Notes: generated by a model from the sequence alone, not told the origin. 64,000 nt of DNA from an uncultured Brevinematales bacterium (GCA_964533855.1 CAZHNM010000011.1:6293-70292), one strand, 5' to 3'. Positions 7,992 through 16,824 are shown, counted from the stretch's first letter. Program-made: numbers and translations.

Positions 7992-9452
7992 ATGCCGTTT
8001 TTTAATGAAATGCTGGGGGGGAAGCCCGATATTAAAAAAATGACATCCAGCCATAATATAAATGGATTATTCAGGGCGATGAGCTACAAAAAAGACAAAT
8101 ACGTGCAGCTGGATGCCGCGGTGGCGCTGGCGAATTTCGGCGATGCCCGCGCCGTTAAGACGCTGGCGGCTGTGCTTCATAGCTACGAAATGCAGCCCGA
8201 TACTCGCAGAATCGCCGCGGAGGCGATGGGAACTATCGGTGATGCTGATTGTATTAAGAATCTCATATATGTCCTCGACGGCTCGGCCCCTGTCGCCGAA
8301 GCAGCCGTCATGTCGCTTGGCAGGATAGGCGAGACGGCAGTGGACCCCCTTCTTGCCGCCCTTAAAAGCGGCAGAGAATTAGCAAGGGTAAGAGCCTCCA
8401 ACGCCCTGGAAAAGATAGGCGATACCCGCGCTATCAAGCCCCTGATCGCAGCTCTGGGCGATAGCGATAAATATGTCCGCAGAGCCGCCGCAGGCGCCCT
8501 GGGAAGTTTTAGCGATGCCAGCGCACTTGAACCGCTTATAGCCGCTTCGCAGGAAAATGACGAATATCTGCCTGAAATAGCCCGCAAATCTCTGGATAAA
8601 ATAGCCGTATCGGCTGTGGAAGAGCTGATTGCGATGCTTAAGGACGATAACATTATCCGGCGCAAATCCGCAGCCTCAATTTTGGCAAATGTCGGCGATG
8701 CAAGGGCTTTTGAGCCGTTCATGGCCGCACTCAACGATAGTAATGAGGATATTCGCCAGAAAGCCGCTTACGGATTGGGAAAGATCGGCGACGCACGCGC
8801 CGTGGAAGTGCTGATTGCACTTCTTAACGACAACGAGATGCGCGTTCGTCAATTTGCCGCTGGCTCTTTGGGCATGATCCGCGACCCCCGCGCTGTCGAA
8901 CCGCTGATTAACCTCCTTAAAGACAGTGAAGTATATGTACGCCGGGATGCTGCAGCTGCATTGGGAGATATCGGCGATGCCCGCGCGGTTAAACCTTTGA
9001 TCGCCGCCCTGAAGGATAGCGATGAATATATGCGAAAAGACGCGGCTGAGGCGTTGCAAAAAATCGGCGGCCCCGAAGTGGAAGAGGCGCTATCCGGGAT
9101 GAAATCTGAGCAGCTGGAAGAGAATAAGCGGAAATATCAAAAAGAGCAGCTGGATGAGCAAGAGAGATTAGGACGGGTGGCCTCTTCCCGGGAGGAAATA
9201 CGCAGGCTGACCGCAGAATTGAAGACGATAGGCGCGTCCGACGGATTCCTTTCATTAAAGTCGGGTGGAAATTTCAATTCGGACAGGCGCCATAGCCGTG
9301 CGCGGGAGATTGGAAACCGTCTCAATCAGATAGGCGGTTTGGCCTTGATGCAGGCTGTCGGTTTTGAAGTTGGCAATTATTTTGACCCGGGCTCGGGCCG
9401 GGGCCGGGAGCTTGAAGCCGCATGGGACGGAATCGGCGGCTGGAAAGGATGA
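7992..9452 (+). CDS. HEAT-repeat (PBS-lyase HEAT-like) protein with a C-terminal coiled-coil/unknown domain
   Basis: About 10 tandem units of GDxRAVxPLIxALxDxxxxVRxxAAxALGxI. AAGGAG RBS at 7981-7986. C-terminal about 120 aa are charged/coiled (EQLEENKRKYQKEQLDEQERL). Confidence 0.8.
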   Translation: MPFFNEMLGGKPDIKKMTSSHNINGLFRAMSYKKDKYVQLDAAVALANFGDARAVKTLAAVLHSYEMQPDTRRIAAEAMGTIGDADCIKNLIYVLDGSAPVAEAAVMSLGRIGETAVDPLLAALKSGRELARVRASNALEKIGDTRAIKPLIAALGDSDKYVRRAAAGALGSFSDASALEPLIAASQENDEYLPEIARKSLDKIAVSAVEELIAMLKDDNIIRRKSAASILANVGDARAFEPFMAALNDSNEDIRQKAAYGLGKIGDARAVEVLIALLNDNEMRVRQFAAGSLGMIRDPRAVEPLINLLKDSEVYVRRDAAAALGDIGDARAVKPLIAALKDSDEYMRKDAAEALQKIGGPEVEEALSGMKSEQLEENKRKYQKEQLDEQERLGRVASSREEIRRLTAELKTIGASDGFLSLKSGGNFNSDRRHSRAREIGNRLNQIGGLALMQAVGFEVGNYFDPGSGRGRELEAAWDGIGGWKG

Positions 9453-9504
9453 CGGTTATTTCAGCCGGGAGGGGTGGAAAAAGGAAAAAATTTTTCGAAT
9501 CAAT

Positions 9505-10995
9505 TTACAGAGCCGAGTAAGTTACCTTTAACTTGAGGTTTTGCCCCTCCGGAAGACAGACATATCCCTCTTTTGCGTTAAATCCTGTCCAGCTTTTCCC
9601 GTTGATCATGACGCTTTTTATGAAAACCCCGGGATATTCCGTCAGAACTACGTAGTGCCTGTCTCCAGCTCCGGACGATTTTATCCTGAAATACAGGGTC
9701 GCGTCCTTCTTTTCGATGTAAAGGCTGAGGTAAAGATAGTTGAATAGAGCATGCTCCATGGTATGATAGGCCGATTTATAAAGGTCGCCTTTTGTCCATT
9801 CCTGCCCGGCCCACCCGTCCCTTGTAACTTCGGGATAGCATTCGCCGTATTCATGGTCGACTATGTATTTATCCCAGAACCAGGCCGATTCCCTGAACCT
9901 GTCGAGGTATTCCTGTTTATGATCGTAACCGTAAAGGTTGAGCATGAGGTTGTCGCCTTCCTCCTGGGTCCACCAGTCCTTATTCTCAAAATTGACCCTG
10001 GCGTTTGTATAGTTGAACCTGAAGAACCACCCGTAATACCTTGAATCCCAGTTGTTCGAAATCTGGACCCTGGCGATCTCTTCAGCCGTGTCGGCGTATT
10101 TTTTTATATGGGTCAGGTTATAAGCCCTCATAAGAACCCAGCCGGCCTTGAGATTATGTCCCGTCCAGAGATTGGTTTCATAAGTGGCCCAGTTCATGTA
10201 GAACCTTTCCCCGACGAAACCTGTTTCCGGGTCTATCATGTGATCCTTTACAAGGTCGGCAATACGGGTGATGTCGTTCAAAAGCGACCTGTCCCTGACG
10301 GCGAGGTAGTAATAAATGAGGTATGCGGAACAGGTGTCCATCTGGGCGCTGAAGGATTTCATGGAAGTCGTCATCTGCCAGTTGGTGCTTACCTGTTCGT
10401 AATATCCCTTGTAAACCGGGTCCCACACATGCGCCTGTATCAGTTCATGAGTTTTCTTGACATAGGCAAGCGGCGCCGGATCTCCGGTGGCAAAATAATA
10501 AAAGACGGGGCCGAGATTGCAGTAGTCTTCATCGAACATATTCCTTTCGTCCGGGTCCTGGTTATCGGTATTTGTGGCGGGCTCGTTGTTTGTGCCGAGG
10601 TATGTAAACCACCCGCCGTTAATTTTATCCCAGCCGAAATTGGTCAGGAATTTCAAGGCATGGTCCGCATAATCGAGGTAGGAATCGTCGCCGCTTAGCA
10701 TGTATGCGGCCGAGAAGCCGTATATTATCCTGGAAGCCATTCTCGGATATTTTCCGTTTGTCCTGTCGGAAGTGCCGTCGCGCATTACATTGTTGAAAAA
10801 TCCCCCGTTGGTCATGTCTATGGTTTTTTCCCAGAAAGGAATAATGTCTTTTAATGCCTGGTTTTTCCAGTATAAAGGGTTCATGTATGTGTCAAGTTCT
10901 CCCGGCCCGGGGCGTCTGACCGGGGCGGTTAAAATAGAAAAAATTATATAAGACAGGCAAAGCAGGGCCATGATTAAAACAGCCTTTTTCTGCAT
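9505..10995 (-). CDS. AGE-family (N-acylglucosamine 2-epimerase-like, alpha/alpha-6 barrel) protein with a signal/anchor sequence
   Basis: ALKDIIPFWEKTIDMTNGGFFNNV...RMASRIIYGFSAAYMLSGDDSYLDYADHALKFL matches AGE/cellobiose-2-epimerase family N-terminal repeats. ATG 10995 is preceded by AAGGAG. The track start at 11010 is a TTG that contains that RBS. Confidence 0.7.
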   Translation of the reverse strand: MQKKAVLIMALLCLSYIIFSILTAPVRRPGPGELDTYMNPLYWKNQALKDIIPFWEKTIDMTNGGFFNNVMRDGTSDRTNGKYPRMASRIIYGFSAAYMLSGDDSYLDYADHALKFLTNFGWDKINGGWFTYLGTNNEPATNTDNQDPDERNMFDEDYCNLGPVFYYFATGDPAPLAYVKKTHELIQAHVWDPVYKGYYEQVSTNWQMTTSMKSFSAQMDTCSAYLIYYYLAVRDRSLLNDITRIADLVKDHMIDPETGFVGERFYMNWATYETNLWTGHNLKAGWVLMRAYNLTHIKKYADTAEEIARVQISNNWDSRYYGWFFRFNYTNARVNFENKDWWTQEEGDNLMLNLYGYDHKQEYLDRFRESAWFWDKYIVDHEYGECYPEVTRDGWAGQEWTKGDLYKSAYHTMEHALFNYLYLSLYIEKKDATLYFRIKSSGAGDRHYVVLTEYPGVFIKSVMINGKSWTGFNAKEGYVCLPEGQNLKLKVTYSAL

Positions 10996-11011
10996 CGGCA
11001 ACTCCTTCAAT

Positions 11012-11722
11012 TTAACTTTTAAGGCCGCCCGTGAAACCCTCGATAAACTGGCGGTGGAACCTGATGAACAGGATCAGGGGGATTATAATCGCGATAAGGC
11101 CCGTCGCGAGGCCCGGGCCGGAACCCCCTATGAGGTACAGCAAAGCCGGAAGCGTCATCAGGGCATTATCCCTCAGGACGACAACGGGTATTAAGAAGTC
11201 ATTCCAGACGATCCTGAACTGTATTATTGCTAATGCCGCGAGAGCCGGCCTTGACATGGGCAGGATGATATGCCACCATATCTGCAGGTGGCCTGCACCG
11301 TCCATCCTGGCGCTTTCGATGAAAGCCGCCGGTATTCTGATGAAATACTGCCTGAGGAGGAAGACCCCGAATCCCGACAGCGACGACTGGAGTATAAGGC
11401 CCGTCCATGAATTCAGGATATGCAGGTCGATGTAAACCTTGAAGATCGAAACAATCAGGGCGTTCATGGGGACCATCATAGTGGAGAGGGCCAGGATGAA
11501 GAAAAATTTCTTCCATGGGATCCTGATAAAAACAAGGGAGTAGGCGAAAAGGGAGCTTATCACAAGTGTCATCACTATTGTCAGCGACGTAATTACGGCG
11601 GAATTCAGGAGGTGCCCCCCGGCGTTATACTGCCTGAAACTGACCACGTATGAATAGTTTGTATAATTTATAAACGATTCCCATATGGGCTTCTGGAACA
11701 TCAGGGGCGGATTGTGGAGCAT
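11012..11722 (-). CDS. Carbohydrate ABC transporter permease (MalG/BPD_transp_1 type); annotated start truncates TM1
   Basis: EAA-loop-like region (IESARMDGAGHLQIWWHIILPMSRPAL). The in-frame sequence upstream of ATG 11722 (to the stop at 11882-11884) encodes GYKQVILCLLALVFAYPLIWLFDASFRPPLE, a typical MalG TM1, but has no ATG/GTG/TTG. Confidence 0.75.
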   Translation of the reverse strand: MLHNPPLMFQKPIWESFINYTNYSYVVSFRQYNAGGHLLNSAVITSLTIVMTLVISSLFAYSLVFIRIPWKKFFFILALSTMMVPMNALIVSIFKVYIDLHILNSWTGLILQSSLSGFGVFLLRQYFIRIPAAFIESARMDGAGHLQIWWHIILPMSRPALAALAIIQFRIVWNDFLIPVVVLRDNALMTLPALLYLIGGSGPGLATGLIAIIIPLILFIRFHRQFIEGFTGGLKS

Positions 11723-13080
11723 TTCAAGCGGCGGCCTGAAAGAGGCGTCGAAAAGCCATATGAGGGGGTACGCGAAGACAAGGGCCAGGAGGCAGAGGAT
11801 AACCTGCTTATAACCTGTCCTGTCCTGATGCGGGCCTTTACTTTGTAAACTATCCGGGGGAAGCCGGTGAGCTCTTCCTTTTTAAGGTCCTTGTGGGCCC
11901 TGTCCATAAACGGCTTCTCCAGCAGGTAGTATGAAAGCGTGGCAATGACGTATGAACAGGCTATCATTATCATGGATGTATAAGCCCATGGGACCCATTC
12001 CCTCATCCCGGATTCATAGTAAAAATTCTGGTAATAAAATAACAATAAATTGATAACAATAAAATGCCATATGTAAAGCCCGAAGGATATCTTCGCGGTA
12101 AACCGGAAAAACGGATTGTCAAGCCACCCCCCCATGAACTTCGAATGGGCGAGGGTTACGAGAAGCCCGGCTATGAGCGCGGTGAGGTAGGGGAAATAAA
12201 AGGGCTGACCCTGGAAACCCACAGAAAACTCCTTCTCATTCCTGACTGTCCAGAGAAAGAGAACTATGGCCAGGAGAAAAAGCATTGCCCCGATATCGAA
12301 AAGGCCTTTCTCCCGAAGTTTTTCCTTCATCTCCGATGGAGCTGCAAGCCGGACGGTAAAACCCGAGGCAAGCACCCCCATTATAAAGTGGGCGAAAAAA
12401 CCGACCGGATTGTAGTTGGGCATCCACCACTTCGATCCGCCGGTCATGCCGTAATGCCAGCTCCTGTATAAACCGTCGGGTGTGAAGAGAACATGGACAA
12501 GGCCGTTTGCGCAAAGCACCAATATCTGGGCCCCTGCCCAGAAAAGAATAGCTTTGGCGAAGGAGCGCTTTTTCCCCGTAAAGAAGAATAAAACCGCCAT
12601 AAAAACAGGAAGCAGGATATAGCAGAAAACCTCGAAACTGATCGACCACAGGGGGCTGTCAAGCTGGGATGGAAAAAGGGTCAAATAATGAAAACAGGAT
12701 GTGAAAGTCATCCCCGTGAAAAATTTCAGGAAAATATACTGTAAATTGGGAAGGAATATCACGCCCATGATAGTCGAGATTATCATGGCAAGGTAATAGC
12801 CCGGCATGATCCTCGCGGCGCGTTTTACAATATACTGTCTGGACCCCGGAAAATTCCCGCCTTCGAGGTACCGGACCCAGAACGGATATGAAAGAAGGTA
12901 GCCGCTCAGGACGAAGAAAAAGCTTACACCGCTGTTGCCTAACAGGAAAAATTTCTGTATCTCCTGAGCCCATACGGGCTGGTCGTATATTGCCAGCCTC
13001 TGGAATACATGATGAAAAATCACCAGCAGGCATGCTATAGCCCTTACACCGTCCGCCCCGGACATTTTGTTATTCTTCAT
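11701..13080 (-). CDS. Acyltransferase family 3 (OafA/YrhL-like) membrane O-acyltransferase
   Basis: N-terminal RAIACLLVIFHHVF motif, about 10 hydrophobic helices and a C-terminal SYYLLEKPFM motif. The last about 55 aa (GFPRIVYKV...STIRP) are read-through across the permease N-terminal coding region in another frame. Confidence 0.8.
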   Translation of the reverse strand: MKNNKMSGADGVRAIACLLVIFHHVFQRLAIYDQPVWAQEIQKFFLLGNSGVSFFFVLSGYLLSYPFWVRYLEGGNFPGSRQYIVKRAARIMPGYYLAMIISTIMGVIFLPNLQYIFLKFFTGMTFTSCFHYLTLFPSQLDSPLWSISFEVFCYILLPVFMAVLFFFTGKKRSFAKAILFWAGAQILVLCANGLVHVLFTPDGLYRSWHYGMTGGSKWWMPNYNPVGFFAHFIMGVLASGFTVRLAAPSEMKEKLREKGLFDIGAMLFLLAIVLFLWTVRNEKEFSVGFQGQPFYFPYLTALIAGLLVTLAHSKFMGGWLDNPFFRFTAKISFGLYIWHFIVINLLLFYYQNFYYESGMREWVPWAYTSMIMIACSYVIATLSYYLLEKPFMDRAHKDLKKEELTGFPRIVYKVKARIRTGQVISRLSSASWPLSSRTPSYGFSTPLSGRRLKCSTIRP

Positions 13081-13987
13081 GGGACTTTCCTAATCCGAAA
13101 ATGGGGAACTGGAGGAAGCTTACCCCCAGGATGATGAAAAATATCACGATCCCTGCTGCGGCCCCGATCGCGAGATCCATGTTGTGATTATACATCAGGT
13201 TGTAGAATATATAATTCATTACCGTCAATCCGCCCTTGCGGGGCCCGCGGGGGAAAATCACGAATGTCAGCTCGTTTATTAAAAAGCTCGAGACCATTGA
13301 AGTGACTATCACATAGGTCAGGGCCGGGCGCATCAGGGGGATTTTAATATGGAAAAGTATATGCCTGGGCCTGGCGCCGTCCATTCTAGCGGCCTCGTAG
13401 AGGTCCTGGTTTATAGACTGCAGGAATGCGAGGAAGAAAACGGATTCGAAGCCGACGTTCTGCCAGAAGGATACGAATACAACCATGAAAAACTCGAGGT
13501 CCCTGTCGGCCAGCCAGCGGAAATTATGGGGGAGGTGAAGGGTTCCCAGAAACCAGTTCATGAAATCGGGCCCCAAGCCGGTGGGATCGGGGGTAAAAAG
13601 CATCTGGAAGAGTATGCCTATTATCACGGTAGCCATCAGGCATGGAACAAAAAATGCGGCCTGGATAAGCCCCTGTATTTTTTTAAAAGGTATCGAATTG
13701 ATCCAGTTGGCAAGCAGGAAAGCCGCCGGAACCTGCGTCACAAGGCATGCCAGAACCATCAAAAATGTGTTTAGCAGTGTCAGTTTAAAAAATCCGTCCG
13801 AGAAAAGCCTGGAAAAATTGGCAAAGCCGATGTAGCTGCCGAAGCTGTATCCCCTGGCGTTGGACAGGCTGAGGATCACCCCGCTGATTAAAACGTATAT
13901 GACAAAGACAGCCATGAGTATGAAAAACGGTGTCATGAACAGAAATCCTGTAAATATTTCCTTGCGGGAAGCAGAACTTTTCTTCAC
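13070..13987 (-). CDS. Carbohydrate ABC transporter permease (MalF/UgpA type)
   Basis: 305 aa, 6 TM pattern, EAA loop (LYEAARMDGARPRHILFHIKIPLMRPAL). 11-nt overlap with the acyltransferase start. Confidence 0.85.
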   Translation of the reverse strand: MKKSSASRKEIFTGFLFMTPFFILMAVFVIYVLISGVILSLSNARGYSFGSYIGFANFSRLFSDGFFKLTLLNTFLMVLACLVTQVPAAFLLANWINSIPFKKIQGLIQAAFFVPCLMATVIIGILFQMLFTPDPTGLGPDFMNWFLGTLHLPHNFRWLADRDLEFFMVVFVSFWQNVGFESVFFLAFLQSINQDLYEAARMDGARPRHILFHIKIPLMRPALTYVIVTSMVSSFLINELTFVIFPRGPRKGGLTVMNYIFYNLMYNHNMDLAIGAAAGIVIFFIILGVSFLQFPIFGLGKSHEE

Positions 13988-14105
13988 ATTTATCCTCTTT
14001 ATAAGAAATTCTCCGGCAATATTCTAACAGCGATCCTGTTTATATACTAAACATTTTCAGGCTTAAAATTTACATTTTCCCGCTTTATTAATAAAATCAG
14101 ATATA

Positions 14106-14297
14106 ATGATTAATTTTAGCGCATTGAAAAAACGTTTAATCATCCCTGCCGTCATAGGTCTTCCGTTAGCCTGCGCCCTTTATTATTCTCTGAAATCATA
14201 CAGACCCGACCTGGTTATCCTCCCGAACAGCGGCGAATACATAATAGGGCCCAAGCAATTTTTCCTCCCAGGGCAATTCGGATATCCTCGGGTTTGA
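14106..14297 (+). pseudogene. N-terminal (membrane-anchor) fragment of the downstream AraC-family gene, separated by a frameshift
   Basis: The 63-aa ORF has a TM anchor (LIIPAVIGLPLACALYY). The frame of the AraC ORF is open back to 14248. Removing one T from the T5 run at 14259-14263 joins the two ORFs. Confidence 0.45.
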
Positions 14298-14403
14298 AAA
14301 CGACGGAAAAACTGTCAGCCTTGAGTACAGGCTTGAGAAAAATTACAACTCTTTCCCGTTCGTCGGAGTATGGATATTTCTTGCCAGGACGAAATTCCTC
14401 GAT

Positions 14404-15258
14404 TTGAGGGGATATGATTATCTGCGGGTCAGGGTCAAGGATTCGGGAAGCGGCAGCCTTCAGTTCAGTTTCTTTAATTTCGACGACAGGACTTCAAAGC
14501 AGTACGATAATCTCAGTTATGTCATCATGATGTATGAATGCATACTCGACAAAATGAAAAATGTCTACAATCTTTCCCTCAGTGATTTCCATATCCAGGC
14601 GTGGTGGTATTCCCATAACAACATCCATGACGGCTTTTCAAAATATTACGATTATTCGCGGATAATGATCCTTGAAATCCAGTCGGGGTACCAATCGCCC
14701 ATAGGCGTTAAAGCAGGTTTTACCATTAGCGGATTGACGGTTATCCAGGACCATCTTCTATTGTTCATCCATGTTTTCGGTTTGCTTGTTTTATATTATT
14801 TGCTTGCGGCATTTCCAGCTATTATTTTCCTGAAAAGAAAGGGATCGCCCGGGGCTTCAGCCGTAATTATTCCCTATGCAAAGGTTCCCGAAGGCTTGCT
14901 GCCGGGCAGGGCCTCAAACGGGGAAAAAGATAGAATAACCGGATATATCGCTCTCAATTACATGCAGCCGGAACTTTCTCAGTCAAGGATGGCCCTGGAA
15001 TTGGGCATAACTCCGGCAAGAATTGGAGATATCGTCAAGAAATCTTTCAATCTCAGCTTCAAACAGTATTTAAATCTTATCAGGATCGCCGAAGCAAAAC
15101 GGCTCCTGGGAGAGACGGATCTTGCGGTTTCTGATATTGCGTTCAACGTCGGATTCGGCAATATAACTCATTTCAACAGGACGTTCAGGGCTGCGGGGGG
15201 AAAAACGCCGAAGGAATTCAGGAAAAATTCCCCGGGCCGGGACAATAAAATTTATTAA
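14404..15258 (+). CDS. AraC-family transcriptional regulator with N-terminal extracytoplasmic/TM region
   Basis: C-terminal AraC HTH pair (LSQSRMALELGITPARIGDIVKKSF...DIAFNVGFGNITHFNRTFRAAGGKTPKEFR). One internal TM (LLLFIHVFGLLVLYYLLAAFPAIIF). The track start is a TTG. Confidence 0.8.
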   Translation: MRGYDYLRVRVKDSGSGSLQFSFFNFDDRTSKQYDNLSYVIMMYECILDKMKNVYNLSLSDFHIQAWWYSHNNIHDGFSKYYDYSRIMILEIQSGYQSPIGVKAGFTISGLTVIQDHLLLFIHVFGLLVLYYLLAAFPAIIFLKRKGSPGASAVIIPYAKVPEGLLPGRASNGEKDRITGYIALNYMQPELSQSRMALELGITPARIGDIVKKSFNLSFKQYLNLIRIAEAKRLLGETDLAVSDIAFNVGFGNITHFNRTFRAAGGKTPKEFRKNSPGRDNKIY

Positions 15259-15391
15259 AAAAATCCTACAACCTGCGAGACTCTTCGGTAAAAAGTGCCT
15301 GAAATTCAGGCAGAATTTGTCCGTATGATTAGAAATCAGGCGATTAATTTTCACTGCGGCCGGGCTTTTCAAAATCTTTTAATTCCAATTT

Positions 15392-15407
15392 ATGCAATTA
15401 ATTGCAT
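15392..15407. promoter_or_regulatory. Perfect 16-bp palindrome; candidate enhancer-binding-protein (NtrC-like) site upstream of amtB
   Basis: ATGCAATTAATTGCAT is a perfect palindrome (TGCA-N6-TGCA core), 37 nt upstream of the -24 element. Confidence 0.4.
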
Positions 15408-15443
15408 GAATTATTATCGGAACATGGCCGGAAGCTGTGATTA

Positions 15444-15459
15444 TGGCGAAGTATTTGCT
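15444..15459 (+). promoter_or_regulatory. Sigma54 (-24/-12) promoter for amtB-glnK
   Basis: TGGCGA-AGTAT-TTGCT matches TGGCAC-N5-TTGCW, with GG (15445-46) and GC (15457-58) at the canonical spacing. Located 30 nt upstream of ATG 15489, which has a GGGAGG RBS. Confidence 0.6.
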
Positions 15460-15488
15460 GCAAGTGGCGGAAGAAGGGAGGTATTACA

Positions 15489-16808
15489 ATGGTTAAAAAA
15501 CTGGTGTATTTAGTGTCTGCGGCGCTCATAATACCTGCGGCTGTTTTTGCCCAGGACAAAGGAGCCGCACAGGTCAATCCGGGCGACTGCGCCTGGCTTT
15601 TGACTTCAAGCGCCCTGGTTTTGCTGATGACTATGCCGGGCCTGGCGCTTTTTTACGGCGGTATGGTCAGGAAAAAGAACATACTCTCCACCATGTACTA
15701 TAGTTTCGCAGCTGCAGTTATTGTCAGCGCTCTATGGGTGATAGGCCAGTACAGCCTGTCGTTCGGAAAAGACATCGGCGGAATTATAGGCAGCATGGAC
15801 AAGTTTTTCTTCTACGGCATAACTAAAGACAGTGTTTCAGGCACGGTCCCGGAATTTGTCTTTTCCGCTTTCCAGATGATGTTCGCTATCATTACGGTCG
15901 CGCTGATATCGGGAGCATTGGTTGAAAGGCTTAATTTCGGGGCATGGGTTGTTTTTATCGTCCTGTGGACCCTCCTTGTTTACACGCCTCTTGCTCACTG
16001 GGTCTGGGGCGGCGGATGGCTTTCAAAACTCGGAGACCGCCTGGGCGCTCCCGGTCTGGGGACGCTTGACTTTGCCGGCGGACTCGTCGTCCATCTGTCA
16101 TCAGGAATTTCGGCTCTTGTGGCAGTTATTTATCTGGGAAGGAGATCCGATATCGACAGGGAACCGCCCAGGCCCAACAGCATTACGCTGACTTTTATCG
16201 GAGCCGGGCTCCTGTGGTTCGGCTGGTTCGGCTTTAACGCCGGCAGCGCTCTATCGAGCGGCGGGCAGGCCGGCAGCGCCTTCATGGCAACAAACACGGC
16301 AGCCGCATTCGGAGCCATCACATGGATGATCATCGAATGGATCAGGATTAAAAAGCCGAGCGTTATAGGCGGCACCAGCGGACTGGTGGCCGGCCTTGCG
16401 ACAATAACTCCTGCGGCCGGTTTTGTCGATATACCCGGGGCGATAATGATAGGCATATTAGCCGGAATATCGACGTATTTCTTCGTGGCTGTCGTCAAGA
16501 AGGCTCTCGGTTACGATGATTCACTTGACGCTTTCGGCATTCATGGGATAAGCGGCACATTCGGGATACTTCTTACAGGCCTTTTTGCAAACCCGATAGT
16601 CGGAGGAGCCGCAGGCCTGTTTTACGGAAAACCTGTCCAGTTCGTTATCCAGGTTATTGCCGTTCTTGCAGGCATTGTCCTGTCAGTGGCAGGGACCCTT
16701 ATTATCTTGATATTAATAGACAAGGTCTTTAGAATCAAATTGAGGGTTTCCGCGCAATCCGAAGCTTCCGGTCTCGACATGGCTCTGCATGGCGAATCAG
16801 AAGAATAA
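15489..16808 (+). CDS. amtB: Ammonium transporter (Amt family)
   Basis: 439 aa with a signal-like N-terminus. Amt signatures DFAGGLVVHLSSG and AFGIHGISGTFGILLTG. Followed directly by a P-II gene. Confidence 0.95.
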   Translation: MVKKLVYLVSAALIIPAAVFAQDKGAAQVNPGDCAWLLTSSALVLLMTMPGLALFYGGMVRKKNILSTMYYSFAAAVIVSALWVIGQYSLSFGKDIGGIIGSMDKFFFYGITKDSVSGTVPEFVFSAFQMMFAIITVALISGALVERLNFGAWVVFIVLWTLLVYTPLAHWVWGGGWLSKLGDRLGAPGLGTLDFAGGLVVHLSSGISALVAVIYLGRRSDIDREPPRPNSITLTFIGAGLLWFGWFGFNAGSALSSGGQAGSAFMATNTAAAFGAITWMIIEWIRIKKPSVIGGTSGLVAGLATITPAAGFVDIPGAIMIGILAGISTYFFVAVVKKALGYDDSLDAFGIHGISGTFGILLTGLFANPIVGGAAGLFYGKPVQFVIQVIAVLAGIVLSVAGTLIILILIDKVFRIKLRVSAQSEASGLDMALHGESEE

Positions 16809-16824
16809 TAATGAGGAGATTGAT

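Noticed and set aside
8113-9325. Multiple ORFs overlapping or antisense to the HEAT-repeat gene (8113..8328, 8183..8734, 8676..9059, 8989..9255, 9137..9325).
   Set aside because: They lie inside a CDS with a strong, regular HEAT-repeat signature. Their translations are low-complexity Ala/Ser/Arg-rich mirror images typical of off-frame readings of GC-rich repeats.
9541-10951. Plus-strand ORFs antisense to the AGE-family gene (9541..9747, 9751..10044, 10108..10698, 10700..10951).
   Set aside because: They are opposite a CDS with recognisable AGE-family motifs, a signal sequence and an RBS. They have no RBS or domain signal.
15295-15513. 72-aa ORF upstream of amtB.
   Set aside because: It spans the palindrome, the sigma54 promoter, the RBS and the first codons of amtB. 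It has no RBS and its composition is implausible. The region is better explained as regulatory DNA.
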